DNA of 64,000 nucleotides from Planctomycetota bacterium (GTDB lineage: Bacteria > Planctomycetota > Phycisphaerae > Phycisphaerales > UBA1924): NCBI GenBank assembly GCA_017303555.1, contig JAFLCN010000020.1, positions 5,021 through 69,020 of the forward strand. The letters are read 5' to 3'. The notes below the pieces were generated by a model. The model did not search any database. It saw only the letters and a program-made list of their open reading frames with translations, and had not been told where the DNA came from. The position numbers and the translations under genes are program-made. Of the stretch, positions 1 to 9,077 are shown one piece after another (the first letter of the stretch is position 1; the number at the start of each line of letters is the position of its first letter).

Positions 1-681
1 GGCTTGTCACTCAAGATCAACAACGGCATGGTCGGCATGAAGCGTGATAAGGATGGCGGCTGCGCTGTGCTTGGCGCGATGCACGCGATCGCGACGGTCA
101 TTCAGCCGAATCGCCCGGTCGTCGCGCTGCTTTCTATTGCCGAGAACAGTATCAGTGATGAGGCCTATCGCCCCGACGATGTGATCACCTACCGCAACGG
201 CGTCACAGTCGAAGTGACCAACACGGACGCCGAAGGCCGGCTCGTCCTTGCTGATGCGCTCTGCTGGGCCTGTGAAAAGGAAGACCCGAGCGCGATCATC
301 GACCTCGCAACACTCACCGGCGGCGTGGTGGTCGCACTCGGCAGCACCTACGCCGGCATGTTCTGCGAGAACGATGCCCTGCGTGCGAAGGTGGAAGCCG
401 CGAGCAAAGCCAGCGGCGAGCGCGTCTGGCGCCTCCCGATGCACCAGGAATACCAGGACCTCATGAAGAGCCCGGTTGCGGATATTCAGAACAGCAACGC
501 CAACCGCAAGGCGCACCCGATCCAAGGCGCTGCGTTCCTCGCTTACTTCGTTGATGAGAAGATCCCGTGGTGCCACCTCGATATCGCGGGCGTGCATGTT
601 GCCGACGGCAACAAGGGCGCGTTTGTCGATGGACCGACGGGATGGGGAACGCGGTTGCTGGCGGAACTTGTGGACGCGTGA
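1..681 (+). CDS. pepA: Leucyl aminopeptidase (peptidase M17), C-terminal part; 5' end lies outside the window
   Basis: Frame is open from the window edge. Translation carries the M17 signature NTDAEGRLVLADAL and a WCHLDIAG-type C-terminal segment. Confidence 0.85.
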   Translation, partial: GLSLKINNGMVGMKRDKDGGCAVLGAMHAIATVIQPNRPVVALLSIAENSISDEAYRPDDVITYRNGVTVEVTNTDAEGRLVLADALCWACEKEDPSAIIDLATLTGGVVVALGSTYAGMFCENDALRAKVEAASKASGERVWRLPMHQEYQDLMKSPVADIQNSNANRKAHPIQGAAFLAYFVDEKIPWCHLDIAGVHVADGNKGAFVDGPTGWGTRLLAELVDA

Positions 682-792
682 GCCGATCGCGATTGCGCGT
701 TCGTTGTCGGGGCTTCGGTCGCTCGGTGGAGGCGAGTCTGTCGTGCGTGGCGGACCACGTGCTCGCAGTCGCGACGCGAAAGGAATGAAGCC

Positions 793-1179
793 ATGAACGT
801 GACCGCGGGCTACGACAAATTGCGCGTCTTCGAGCAGATCCGGCAAGGCTTGCAAGAGGGTATTGCTCACGCGCAGGGAAAGCTCTCGCTCAAAACGACG
901 ACGATGCCAAAGCCCGTTCCGAAGTTGACGAAGAGTCGCGTGGTCGCGATTCGCAAGAAGCTTTCGATGTCGCAGGCAGTGTTTGCGTCGTACCTCAATG
1001 TGCCAACAAAGACGCTCCAGAGTTGGGAGCAGGGTGCGCGAGAGCCCAAAGCGAGCGAGGCGCGACTGCTTCAGATCATTGAGCATGATCCCGAACGCGC
1101 GATGGGATTGGTCTCGGCGGCATCCGAAGGACGTTCGCGCGAGCAAGCATCAAGAGGCCGTCAAGCCTCGAAGGGCTGA
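793..1179 (+). CDS. XRE-family helix-turn-helix protein (HigA/antitoxin-like)
   Basis: ATG at 793, 128 aa. The HTH segment LSMSQAVFASYLNVPTKTLQSWEQGAREP is typical of XRE antitoxin-type regulators. No toxin ORF lies next to it. Confidence 0.7.
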   Translation: MNVTAGYDKLRVFEQIRQGLQEGIAHAQGKLSLKTTTMPKPVPKLTKSRVVAIRKKLSMSQAVFASYLNVPTKTLQSWEQGAREPKASEARLLQIIEHDPERAMGLVSAASEGRSREQASRGRQASKG

Positions 1180-1218
1180 TCGGCACGAACTGGTATCTGT
1201 GAGGAGGGGAGCAAACAT

Positions 1219-1608
1219 TCAGCGGTGAGTGCTTTGCGTCCGCATCGCCTCACCAATCGTCCGCGCCGCCGCAGGCGACACTTCACCCCTCTCCACCATC
1301 TGCGCCAGCAACTCACGCACCCCATCCGGCTTGCGGCTCTGCACAATCACTCGCAGCCGCTCGATCACCCGGTCGAGCCGATTCCGGATCGTCGGGTAAC
1401 TGACGTCGTAGCTCGCCGCGAGATCTTTCAGCGACCCCGAGTGCAGCACAAGCTGCACGATCAAATCCTGATCCTCCCGCGGCAGCGCCCCCAGCGGATG
1501 CTCGTCAGATGCCGGCGACGCGACGCCGATCGGCTGCGAAGCAGCGATTTCACGCCCCTTCACTGCCGCCGGAAATTTGGGTACCGCATTTGGAAAATTG
1601 AAAGCCAT
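1219..1608 (-). CDS. Small HTH DNA-binding protein (DUF2089-like)
   Basis: 129 aa. LKDLAASYDVSYPTIRNRLDRVIERL resembles the DUF2089-type HTH. It is the last gene of a three-gene minus-strand string that starts with two zinc-ribbon membrane paralogs. Confidence 0.5.
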   Translation of the reverse strand: MAFNFPNAVPKFPAAVKGREIAASQPIGVASPASDEHPLGALPREDQDLIVQLVLHSGSLKDLAASYDVSYPTIRNRLDRVIERLRVIVQSRKPDGVRELLAQMVERGEVSPAAARTIGEAMRTQSTHR

Positions 1609-1663
1609 GCTTTCGAATAGTTGAAGGCGGTTTTCTGATTATCAATTTTTCCTTGCGATTTAT

Positions 1664-2473
1664 TCAGGTGTCGGCCGCGGTCATGCGCTTCGGATCGACT
1701 CGTTCCCGCGTCGCGAGCAGCAACGCCACCATGAACCCCAGCGGCACAATCCGTCCCGCATTGCCGAATGCCGGCATGACGATGAGCGCCCCGATCAAAG
1801 CGCACGGAAGCAGCCAGTTCAGCGTCGCCGCCATGCGGAAGAGCCGTTCGTCGGGCACGCGCACCGCGAGCCAGCGCGCGTAGTTCACCAGGCCCGTCGC
1901 CAGCGTCAGCCACAGAGCAAGCTGGATCAGGGCAGAGCCGACCGGAAGAAGGATGTGCAGCAGCGGCACCGCACCCGCAGCCCGCGGCGGCGCAAGTGGA
2001 ATTTGCATCCAAAGCAGCGCCACGAAGATGTTGAACACCACAAGCCCGATCGAAGCCCCCCGCATCGCGCGCTTGTTCGGCCGCGCCTGATCGCAGGGGT
2101 GCAGCCCCGGATCATCGATCGTGAGCATCCAGATTCCGGCGAGCAGCACCGCAGCGCCCGCCAGGTCGAACAGCCGGAACGAGGCCTGCGATCCGAATGA
2201 GAACAAGTTCGCGAGAATGGGCCAGCCGGCCAATCCGGCGACGATGAAAATCACGAGGGCCAGGGCGGAGATGAGCGAGCCGGCGCGGAGCGAAGCAAGA
2301 TAACTGGGCGAAGAAAGCCCGAGCCTTCGGCGTTGGAACGAGTCGGCAATCGGATAGGCGCATTCGGGGCAAACCGAGCTGGGCAAAAGCCCGCGCAGCT
2401 CGTACCCGCAGCGCATGCAGATCATCGGCTGGCTGTCGGCGAAGTCTGCGGATCGAGAAGGTTGCAAGGTCAT
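1664..2473 (-). CDS. Multi-pass membrane protein with N-terminal zinc ribbon (CxxCGY...CPEC)
   Basis: 269 aa. The N-terminus has ICMRCGYELRGLLPSSVCPECAYP, followed by several hydrophobic helices. The start could instead be Met17 (2425). Confidence 0.6.
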   Translation of the reverse strand: MTLQPSRSADFADSQPMICMRCGYELRGLLPSSVCPECAYPIADSFQRRRLGLSSPSYLASLRAGSLISALALVIFIVAGLAGWPILANLFSFGSQASFRLFDLAGAAVLLAGIWMLTIDDPGLHPCDQARPNKRAMRGASIGLVVFNIFVALLWMQIPLAPPRAAGAVPLLHILLPVGSALIQLALWLTLATGLVNYARWLAVRVPDERLFRMAATLNWLLPCALIGALIVMPAFGNAGRIVPLGFMVALLLATRERVDPKRMTAADT

Positions 2474-2503
2474 TCCCGCCTGCGTGAGAAGCCAGGGCTG
2501 AAT

Positions 2504-3313
2504 TCATGCCGCCGAAGCGAGTTGTTCGGAACGGATTGCGTTCAATTCCGTCCGGATCCACGAGAGCATGTTGTAGTACAGCACGACCGCGATGAGCGGG
2601 GGGATCACAAAGCAGAAGAACAGCAGCAGAATCGGGCCGAGCCAGAGCAGCAGCTTGGCGCGCTTGTACACCCGTTCGCTGGGAATCCGCTCCGCCAGCC
2701 AGCGCAGATACGCCATTGAGGCGTAGTACTGCAATACCCACACAAGCAGGTTCACGATCTGTGCGGCGCCCGCGATGAAGAGCAGCAGCGAAGCCAACTG
2801 CTCGTTCATCGCGCCCGACATCGCGAACAAAGGCAACGTAAATCCAATCCCGAATGCGAGGACCGTCGACACAAGCATGAACACGATTGAAAGACGCACC
2901 AGTCGACGCGAGCGCTGCCCCTTTTCGTCGTCGGTTCGGCCAGGGTCTCTGGCAGTGAGAAAGAACCAGCCAACCGGGTACAGGATGACTCCGACAGTGA
3001 ATCCGATTGAGGCAAGGATCGCGAGCAGGGGCACGATGATCGGAACCCCACGCATATTGGTGGAAGCGAGCGGTGCGGCGAAAAGCTGGAGCAAGAACGC
3101 GACGACGATGAGCGAAAGCGCCGTCTGAATGAGCACAGCGCCGGTGTGCAATCGCTTCAGGTACTTCGGATCGCGCCACCGAAGCAGATCGCCTCGGATC
3201 GACCGCTCGACCGAGATGCCGCACTCCGGGCAGGCCATCTCTGGGGTAAGGCCGACCAGGTCATACCCGCAGGTGATGCAACGAACGCTCTTGATGGCGG
3301 CCTCGGGTTCCAC
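2504..3313 (-). CDS. Multi-pass membrane protein with N-terminal zinc ribbon, tandem paralog of 1664..2473
   Basis: VRCITCGYDLVGLTPEMACPECGISV, followed by TM helices. I chose the GTG at 3313, which gives 269 aa, the same length as the paralog. The longer ORF to 3667 would overlap nuoD, so I consider it unlikely. The start is uncertain. Confidence 0.55.
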   Translation of the reverse strand: MEPEAAIKSVRCITCGYDLVGLTPEMACPECGISVERSIRGDLLRWRDPKYLKRLHTGAVLIQTALSLIVVAFLLQLFAAPLASTNMRGVPIIVPLLAILASIGFTVGVILYPVGWFFLTARDPGRTDDEKGQRSRRLVRLSIVFMLVSTVLAFGIGFTLPLFAMSGAMNEQLASLLLFIAGAAQIVNLLVWVLQYYASMAYLRWLAERIPSERVYKRAKLLLWLGPILLLFFCFVIPPLIAVVLYYNMLSWIRTELNAIRSEQLASAA

Positions 3314-3436
3314 GCTCGCAGAATACAAGCGCTCCGCCCGCCTGCTCGGCACGGGGAGCTGGCAGCCCGTCGGTTCGGCGGATTGAGGCCTTCGCGAGGT
3401 GATCGCACAAGCTCTGCGCCGCCCGCTCGCCGCTCT

Positions 3437-4753
3437 ATGATCGCCCCCGAAGAGACCACACCTATGCCCTACACCCTCAAACCCATCGAAGCCCTCGACG
3501 TCGATACCGACAACATCGACTACATCAAGAAGCACGTCGACACCGGCGACCGGTGGGTGCTCAACTTCGGCCCGCAGCATCCTGCGACGCACACGACGCT
3601 GCGCATCGTGATGGAGCTGGATGGCGAACGCATCGCGCGGATCACGCCGCACATTGGTTACCTGCACTCGGGCTTCGAGAAGCTGGGTGAGGTGCTGGAT
3701 TACAACCAGTACGTGACCATCGTGTCACGCATGAACTACCTCTCGCCGATCGCGAACGACATCTGCTGGCATCACGCGGTGGAGAGGCTGTTCGGGATCG
3801 ATATCACGCCCCGCTGCAAGGCGGTGCGGACGATCATGGCCGAGCTTGCCCGCATCCAGGATCACCTGCTTTGTGTTGGTGCCGCCGGGCTGGATCTGAA
3901 TGCCATCACCGGCTTCTTGTATTGCTTCAACCTCCGCGAGAAGATCTACGACATCTGCGATTTCATCAGCGGCCAGCGTTTCCACCCGGATTGGACGCGG
4001 GTGGGCGGCGCCATGATGGACCTGCCCGATGAGGAGATGTTCAAGACGCTCGTCAAGAACTTCATTCACAAGGAGCTGCCCAAGGCGCTCAATGAAGTCG
4101 AAGGGCTCTTGAATCGCAACCGCATCTTCTGGGATCGCACCAAGGGAATCGGTGTGATGACCAAGGACGAGGCCAACGCCTTCAGCCTCACCGGCCCCCT
4201 CGCCCGCGCCAGCGGCGTGAAGCGCGATCTCCGCAAGGATGACCCGTACCTCTGCTACGCCGACAACTGGGATGGCCAGGGCGCACAGGCCGTGAAGTTC
4301 CAGGTGCCTGTCTGCGACGATGGCGATTGCTACGCGAGATATCTGGTGCGCGTCGAAGAGATGAAGCAGGCCGCGAGCATCATCGAGCAGCTCATCGACA
4401 AGATCCCCGGCGGCCCGATGGACACCTTCGCCGATTCGAAGATGGTCAAGCCGAACAAGAAGGATGTCTACGGCAGCATCGAAGGACTGATCCAGCACTT
4501 CGAACTCATCATGACCAACCGAGGCTGGAAGCCGCCGGTCGCCGAGATCTACGGCGCCAACGAAACCGCCAACGGCGAACTCGGCTACTACATCGTCAGC
4601 GACGGCGGCCCCCGCCCCTGGCGCGTCAAGACCCGCCCGCCGAGCTTCATCAACTACTCCACGGTCGCGAAGATGACCGAGGGCCATGTGCTCTCCGACA
4701 TCGTCGCCATCCTCGGCTCGATCAATATCGTGGCGGCGGAGTTGGATCGGTAG
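3437..4753 (+). CDS. nuoD: NADH-quinone oxidoreductase subunit D
   Basis: NFGPQHPATHTTLRIVMELDGE, IGYLHSGFEKLGE and the C-terminal SINIVAAELDR are classic NuoD/Nqo4 blocks. ATG at 3437; an alternative ATG lies at 3464. Confidence 0.9.
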   Translation: MIAPEETTPMPYTLKPIEALDVDTDNIDYIKKHVDTGDRWVLNFGPQHPATHTTLRIVMELDGERIARITPHIGYLHSGFEKLGEVLDYNQYVTIVSRMNYLSPIANDICWHHAVERLFGIDITPRCKAVRTIMAELARIQDHLLCVGAAGLDLNAITGFLYCFNLREKIYDICDFISGQRFHPDWTRVGGAMMDLPDEEMFKTLVKNFIHKELPKALNEVEGLLNRNRIFWDRTKGIGVMTKDEANAFSLTGPLARASGVKRDLRKDDPYLCYADNWDGQGAQAVKFQVPVCDDGDCYARYLVRVEEMKQAASIIEQLIDKIPGGPMDTFADSKMVKPNKKDVYGSIEGLIQHFELIMTNRGWKPPVAEIYGANETANGELGYYIVSDGGPRPWRVKTRPPSFINYSTVAKMTEGHVLSDIVAILGSINIVAAELDR

Positions 4754-4818
4754 CTCAAATCCGGTGCTGCCAACGTGCGGCATGGTGGTACATTGAGTAG
4801 CTCCGATAGCATCCGCAC

Positions 4819-5496
4819 ATGACGCTTCCGGATGAAACCGCCGCGGACCGCGAGCGTGCGCTGGATGCACGACTTGCTCGGGCTGCGCGAAGTGGCGACA
4901 CCAAATCGCTCGCATCCCTCATCGAACGACACCAGCCCCGCGTCTATCGCATGTGCCTGCGAGTCACCGGGAATGAGGAAGCCGCGGCAGAGGCCACGCA
5001 AGACGCCCTGCTCCGCGCGGTCCGGGCAATCGCCACCTTCGACGAGCGCGCGCAATTCTCCACCTGGATCACCCGAATCGCCATCAACGCCTGCTTCAGC
5101 CGGGCCCGTTCCGAGAAGCTCCGGCGCCACGCCAGTCTGGACGCCTCGATCCATTCCTCCCGCCCTTCCGCGGCCGGTCCGGCGGGCGATACCCAAACAT
5201 TCGCCGATTCGCTTCCCGGCAGGGAACAAACGGCCCACTCGAGTGTCGAAAAAACAGAGGAGCAGCACCGTCTCCTCGGGGCCCTGGCGCAGCTCGATTT
5301 CGAGGCGCGGACGATCCTCGTTCTCCGCGATGGCCACGACCTCGAGTACGAACAGATCGCCTCGATGCTCGGCATCGCGATCGGGACGGTGAAGAGTCGA
5401 TTGTTCCGGGCGCGCGTCGCGCTCCGGGAATTGATGGAAGAATCGGGCGACCGGGCAACCGACCAGGCAACCGATCAAGCAGGGGACCGACCGTGA
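4819..5496 (+). CDS. ECF-type RNA polymerase sigma-70 factor
   Basis: Region 2 (RVYRMCLRVTGNEEAAAEATQDALLRA...FSTWITRIAINA) and region 4 (EYEQIASMLGIAIGTVKSRLFRAR). Confidence 0.85.
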   Translation: MTLPDETAADRERALDARLARAARSGDTKSLASLIERHQPRVYRMCLRVTGNEEAAAEATQDALLRAVRAIATFDERAQFSTWITRIAINACFSRARSEKLRRHASLDASIHSSRPSAAGPAGDTQTFADSLPGREQTAHSSVEKTEEQHRLLGALAQLDFEARTILVLRDGHDLEYEQIASMLGIAIGTVKSRLFRARVALRELMEESGDRATDQATDQAGDRP

Positions 5497-6560
5497 GCAC
5501 CCAGGATCTCGGCTCCGCGCACAACGACCACGAGCGATTGCTCGATGTGGTCGAACGCGCCGAAGCCGCTTCCGATCCGCGCTTGCGCCGGCTTCAACTC
5601 GATCGTGCGGCGCTCCGCGCGGCACTCGCAACCGATCTTGCCGAAAAAATCCCGGCCCGCCACGCGGCACGCCTGAATGCAGCGGTCGGCGAAGAGCTCG
5701 AACGCGGCGCGCTCGCAGCATTGACGCTCGGGCGCGACCTGAACGATCGGCCCCCGGTCTGGAATCCCACCCTGCCCGCACGCGGCAACCGCTTCTCGCT
5801 GGCGGGCCTGCGTTCGTCGAAGTTTGTAGCGGCCGCCGCGATGCTCGTTCTTGGTGCCGGCCTGCTGGTCTTTGCCTTGCAGCGTCCGATGACGCGGCAA
5901 ACCAGGCTCGCGAGCGGCGGCCCGCGCGAGCTGCCGGAATGGGCGATCCTGCCGCCGCCGAAAGAGCAGGTTGTGGCGCCCGAACCCATCGTCCTCGCAG
6001 CAATTCCCACGCCCGCATCCGTCGTCGAAGTTCGGCTGACGCGCGACGAGAATCTGGCTCTCGCATGGGCGAAGCGCGGCATGCTCGCCGTCCGCATCGT
6101 CACCGACTCACCAACGCGCGATCGCGAACGGGTTGAAAAGCTCATCGCTTCCGGAGCTTCGCGCGAGCACTGGACGCTCGCCGCGGCGACACCTTCCGCG
6201 ATCGCGGCGGTCTCGGAAAACGCCTGGCCGATCAACACGACCATCGCCGACGCCGACGCGGGCGGCTACTCGAGGAGCAGCCACCCGGCAAAGGCCACGG
6301 TCGGCACGTGCGGGCTCCTGATCCGTCCAACCGCAGCGACACTCGCCGCGGCCCGCGATGGAATCGAACGGTCGCTCGCGGGCGAGGTTGTTTTCGAACG
6401 CATCGACACCGGCACGGGATTCGGCGACTGGCAGGAGCGCGAGCCCGAGCCCGCTTCGGCCGCCGATGTTGTCTGGTGGCGCAAGCCCGCGGCGGAGTGG
6501 TCGCCTCGGCTGCGCGTGCCGGTGCTGCTCGAATTCGGCACGCCCGCCGACCGGCGTTGA
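5493..6560 (+). CDS. Putative membrane-anchored anti-sigma factor (hypothetical)
   Basis: The GTG start overlaps the sigma-factor stop (GTGA at 5493-5496). There is one TM helix (FVAAAAMLVLGAGLLVFAL) after a ~110-aa cytoplasmic N-terminus. I did not recognise a zf-HC2 motif. Confidence 0.5.
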   Translation: MSTQDLGSAHNDHERLLDVVERAEAASDPRLRRLQLDRAALRAALATDLAEKIPARHAARLNAAVGEELERGALAALTLGRDLNDRPPVWNPTLPARGNRFSLAGLRSSKFVAAAAMLVLGAGLLVFALQRPMTRQTRLASGGPRELPEWAILPPPKEQVVAPEPIVLAAIPTPASVVEVRLTRDENLALAWAKRGMLAVRIVTDSPTRDRERVEKLIASGASREHWTLAAATPSAIAAVSENAWPINTTIADADAGGYSRSSHPAKATVGTCGLLIRPTAATLAAARDGIERSLAGEVVFERIDTGTGFGDWQEREPEPASAADVVWWRKPAAEWSPRLRVPVLLEFGTPADRR

Positions 6561-6582
6561 TCGGGCCTGCTAAATTCCGGTC

Positions 6583-7410
6583 ATGAACATCGCCGTCATC
6601 ATCGCGGCCGCGGGGGCCTCGCGCCGCTACGCAGAATCCGGAGGGCTTCGCTCCAAGCTGGATGAAGACCTCGGCGGCAAGCCCGTCCTGCAGCGCAGCG
6701 TCGAGCTCTTCAGCAAGCACGACGATGTGAAGTTCATCGTTGTTGCCGGTCCGGGCGATGATGCCGATTTCGCGGAGTTCAAAGCGCGCCACTCGGATCG
6801 ACTCGGCCTGCTCGGCGCCGCGATCGTCAAAGGCGGAAAAGAACATCGGTGGCAGACGGTCAAGGCCGCGCTCGATGCTATTCCGAAGGGCGAAGGCGAA
6901 GACGCGATCACCCATGTCGCGGTACACGACGCGGCCCGCCCTGCAGCCCCGAGCGAGCTCATCGATCGCATCTTCGAATTGGCACGCCATCATCCGGCGG
7001 TGGTGCCGGGATTCGAAGTCGGCGACACGCTGAAACGCGTCAGCAAGAGCGATGCGCCCGCGCGTCCTTCCGATCCGCTCGCAGCCATTCTCGGTGCGGT
7101 CGCGACGGATGAAAAAACAATCGTGGTCGAGAGCACCGTCGATCGCGCCGGGCTCTTTGCCGTGCAGACTCCGCAGACATTCGAGATCGGTGTGATTCGC
7201 GCCGCGTACGCGCAGGCGGATCTCTCCAGCACCGACGACGCCTCGCTGGTGGAGAAGCTGTTTGCCTCCGAAGGCAGCGGCCGCAAGGTCGTCATCGCGT
7301 CCGGCGATTCACGCAACATCAAGATCACGCGTGCCGGCGATCTCGCGCTCGCACGCGCGATCATGGGTTTGCGCGGGCCGGAGGAACGTCCGGCGCACAA
7401 GAGGTTCTAG
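6583..7410 (+). CDS. ispD: 2-C-methyl-D-erythritol 4-phosphate cytidylyltransferase
   Basis: IIAAAGASRRY, VAVHDAARP and VQTPQTF motifs; 275 aa. Confidence 0.85.
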   Translation: MNIAVIIAAAGASRRYAESGGLRSKLDEDLGGKPVLQRSVELFSKHDDVKFIVVAGPGDDADFAEFKARHSDRLGLLGAAIVKGGKEHRWQTVKAALDAIPKGEGEDAITHVAVHDAARPAAPSELIDRIFELARHHPAVVPGFEVGDTLKRVSKSDAPARPSDPLAAILGAVATDEKTIVVESTVDRAGLFAVQTPQTFEIGVIRAAYAQADLSSTDDASLVEKLFASEGSGRKVVIASGDSRNIKITRAGDLALARAIMGLRGPEERPAHKRF

Positions 7411-7446
7411 AGCGGCATTTCCGATCGATCGATCGCGAATCGAGAC

Positions 7447-7911
7447 CTATTCATCGCTTCCCGCGGCGAACAGCTTCCCGTCCGCACTGTTCCACACCCA
7501 ACCCGCCTCGTTCGGATCCGCTTCCGATCCCGTCGCGCCCTTGCGCGTGACCTCGATGATCTTGGTTTGATTCCGATCGGGCGAAAGCGGATTCGCCGGG
7601 AGCTTGGAGAAACCGAACGGGTTCCACTGGTCGGTGAGCGCCTGGCCCGGCTTCCACGGAAGCGACCTGGATGATTCGGAGTATTGGGTCACCGCAGCAC
7701 GCACGCGCCGGAGCTCCGCCGCGAGGCGATCGTTGACCGAGGTGGACTCGGGCTTCTCATCGAGCCCGCGCTTGGACTTGAACTCGGCGACCTTCTTCTG
7801 CTGCTCCTGCACAAACTTGGGCGGCTCCGGGGCCTGCGCGGTTTCCTTGCCGCAGGATGCGAGAATGCATGCGAAGCCGACATTCAGGAACACGAGTGAG
7901 TAGGTCCGCAT
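7447..7911 (-). CDS. Small lipoprotein (hypothetical)
   Basis: ATG at 7911 gives MRTYSLVFLNVGFACILASCGK, a signal peptide plus lipobox. The upstream extension of the ORF to 8313 is Arg/Ser-rich junk that overlaps the neighbouring gene. Confidence 0.55.
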   Translation of the reverse strand: MRTYSLVFLNVGFACILASCGKETAQAPEPPKFVQEQQKKVAEFKSKRGLDEKPESTSVNDRLAAELRRVRAAVTQYSESSRSLPWKPGQALTDQWNPFGFSKLPANPLSPDRNQTKIIEVTRKGATGSEADPNEAGWVWNSADGKLFAAGSDE

Positions 7912-8038
7912 GTCGAGCCTCCGATCGCAGAGTGCGGCAGCAGCACCAAGCTGCCGCACTCTTGGAGCATCGACCCGCAAACTCGGCGACATGATTCCCC
8001 GGGCATTCTCGGACGCGCCGGGATTCCGAATGGCGCGG

Positions 8039-9004
8039 TCAAACCGTCCGCGCAATGGTGAGCAAGGCACGGGGCGCAAGCTTGCCAAGCGGCCCGGCAA
8101 GGTCCGAACCAGCGGCGTCTGCCGCGGCAAAGAGCGCGAGCGCGCGTGAATCGTCCGATTGATCGTGCGCAAGGACTTCGAACCGAGATGCCGCAAGCTG
8201 CTCGCGCGAAAAGGGGCAATGCCCGTTCGCGCCCGGTCCGTTGTCGGTCGGATCGAACGTGTTGTAGATCGCGAAGAGTCCGCCCCGGCTGAGCGAAGCA
8301 CGCACGGTTTCAAGAAACGCTTCGTCGGTGAGTTTCAGTTTGACGTTGGGCTCGTGCGCGTGCTCGGCACGGGGATGGACGTAGCCCTGCTTGAGCGTGT
8401 TGCGGCTCAGAATGAGGTCGAGCGATCCGGCTTCGGGCGTCCAATCGACGCCGAGTCTGCCTTGCTTGATGGCGATACTTCCATCGTGCGAGCGGTCGAT
8501 CGTGCGCCCGCGGACAGATCGGACCGGCCCGGTATCGCCATCGAAGGAGTAGAGCGCGGCGACGAGCTTGTCGGTTTCAAGCCCGGTGACGGAGGCGCCC
8601 AGGCACGCCATTAGGCGCAGGGGCAGGATGGAGGCGAAGCCAAGATCGAGCACGCGCTTACCCGAAAGCGAGCGCACACCGAAATCCGAGAGCGCATCCA
8701 GGAACGCTGCGTAGGAGAGCGGCATCCCGTACCGACCCTCGTAGCAATCGTGCTCATCGAACGAGCGGCTGACGAGTTTCCAGCGCCGTTCCGCACTGAT
8801 CGAGGCGATCTGCGAGGAGGGATACAGAACTTTGGATTCCGGATCCTGATAGAGCTTGCGGGGCTGAATCCAGGGGAGCGAGCTGGTGGCGTTGAGAAAA
8901 TCGGTCGCGAGATCGGACTTGATCGCGGTCTGGAGCGCTCGCGCCAGCCGCTGCAGGCGTGCGACGGTCAAACCCGGCTTTGATTCCACCCTGGGTGATT
9001 CCAC
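8039..9004 (-). CDS. Class I SAM-methyltransferase-like protein (degenerate motif I)
   Basis: 321 aa with a GTG start. KRVLDLGFASILPLRLMACLGASVTGLETD, LDLILSRNTL and RGGLFAIY resemble Rossmann-fold MTase motifs I, post-I, II and III, but the glycine loop is atypical. Confidence 0.45.
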   Translation of the reverse strand: MESPRVESKPGLTVARLQRLARALQTAIKSDLATDFLNATSSLPWIQPRKLYQDPESKVLYPSSQIASISAERRWKLVSRSFDEHDCYEGRYGMPLSYAAFLDALSDFGVRSLSGKRVLDLGFASILPLRLMACLGASVTGLETDKLVAALYSFDGDTGPVRSVRGRTIDRSHDGSIAIKQGRLGVDWTPEAGSLDLILSRNTLKQGYVHPRAEHAHEPNVKLKLTDEAFLETVRASLSRGGLFAIYNTFDPTDNGPGANGHCPFSREQLAASRFEVLAHDQSDDSRALALFAAADAAGSDLAGPLGKLAPRALLTIARTV

Positions 9005-9077
9005 GGTCAGAAAGGTACACGGTCAAAGACCGCGTGCGCTTTCAGGCGGCAGCCGCAGGTGGATTCTCTTCGCCCTC

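Noticed and set aside
2504-3667. N-terminal extensions of several ORF-track entries (2504..3667, 7447..8313, 17601..19517, 20125..20787, 20441..22435, 30497..31777, 38059..39945, 14748..17561)
   Set aside because: The extensions overlap neighbouring genes or lack signal-peptide logic. Internal starts with SD-like sequences give proper N-termini (signal peptides, conserved family starts).
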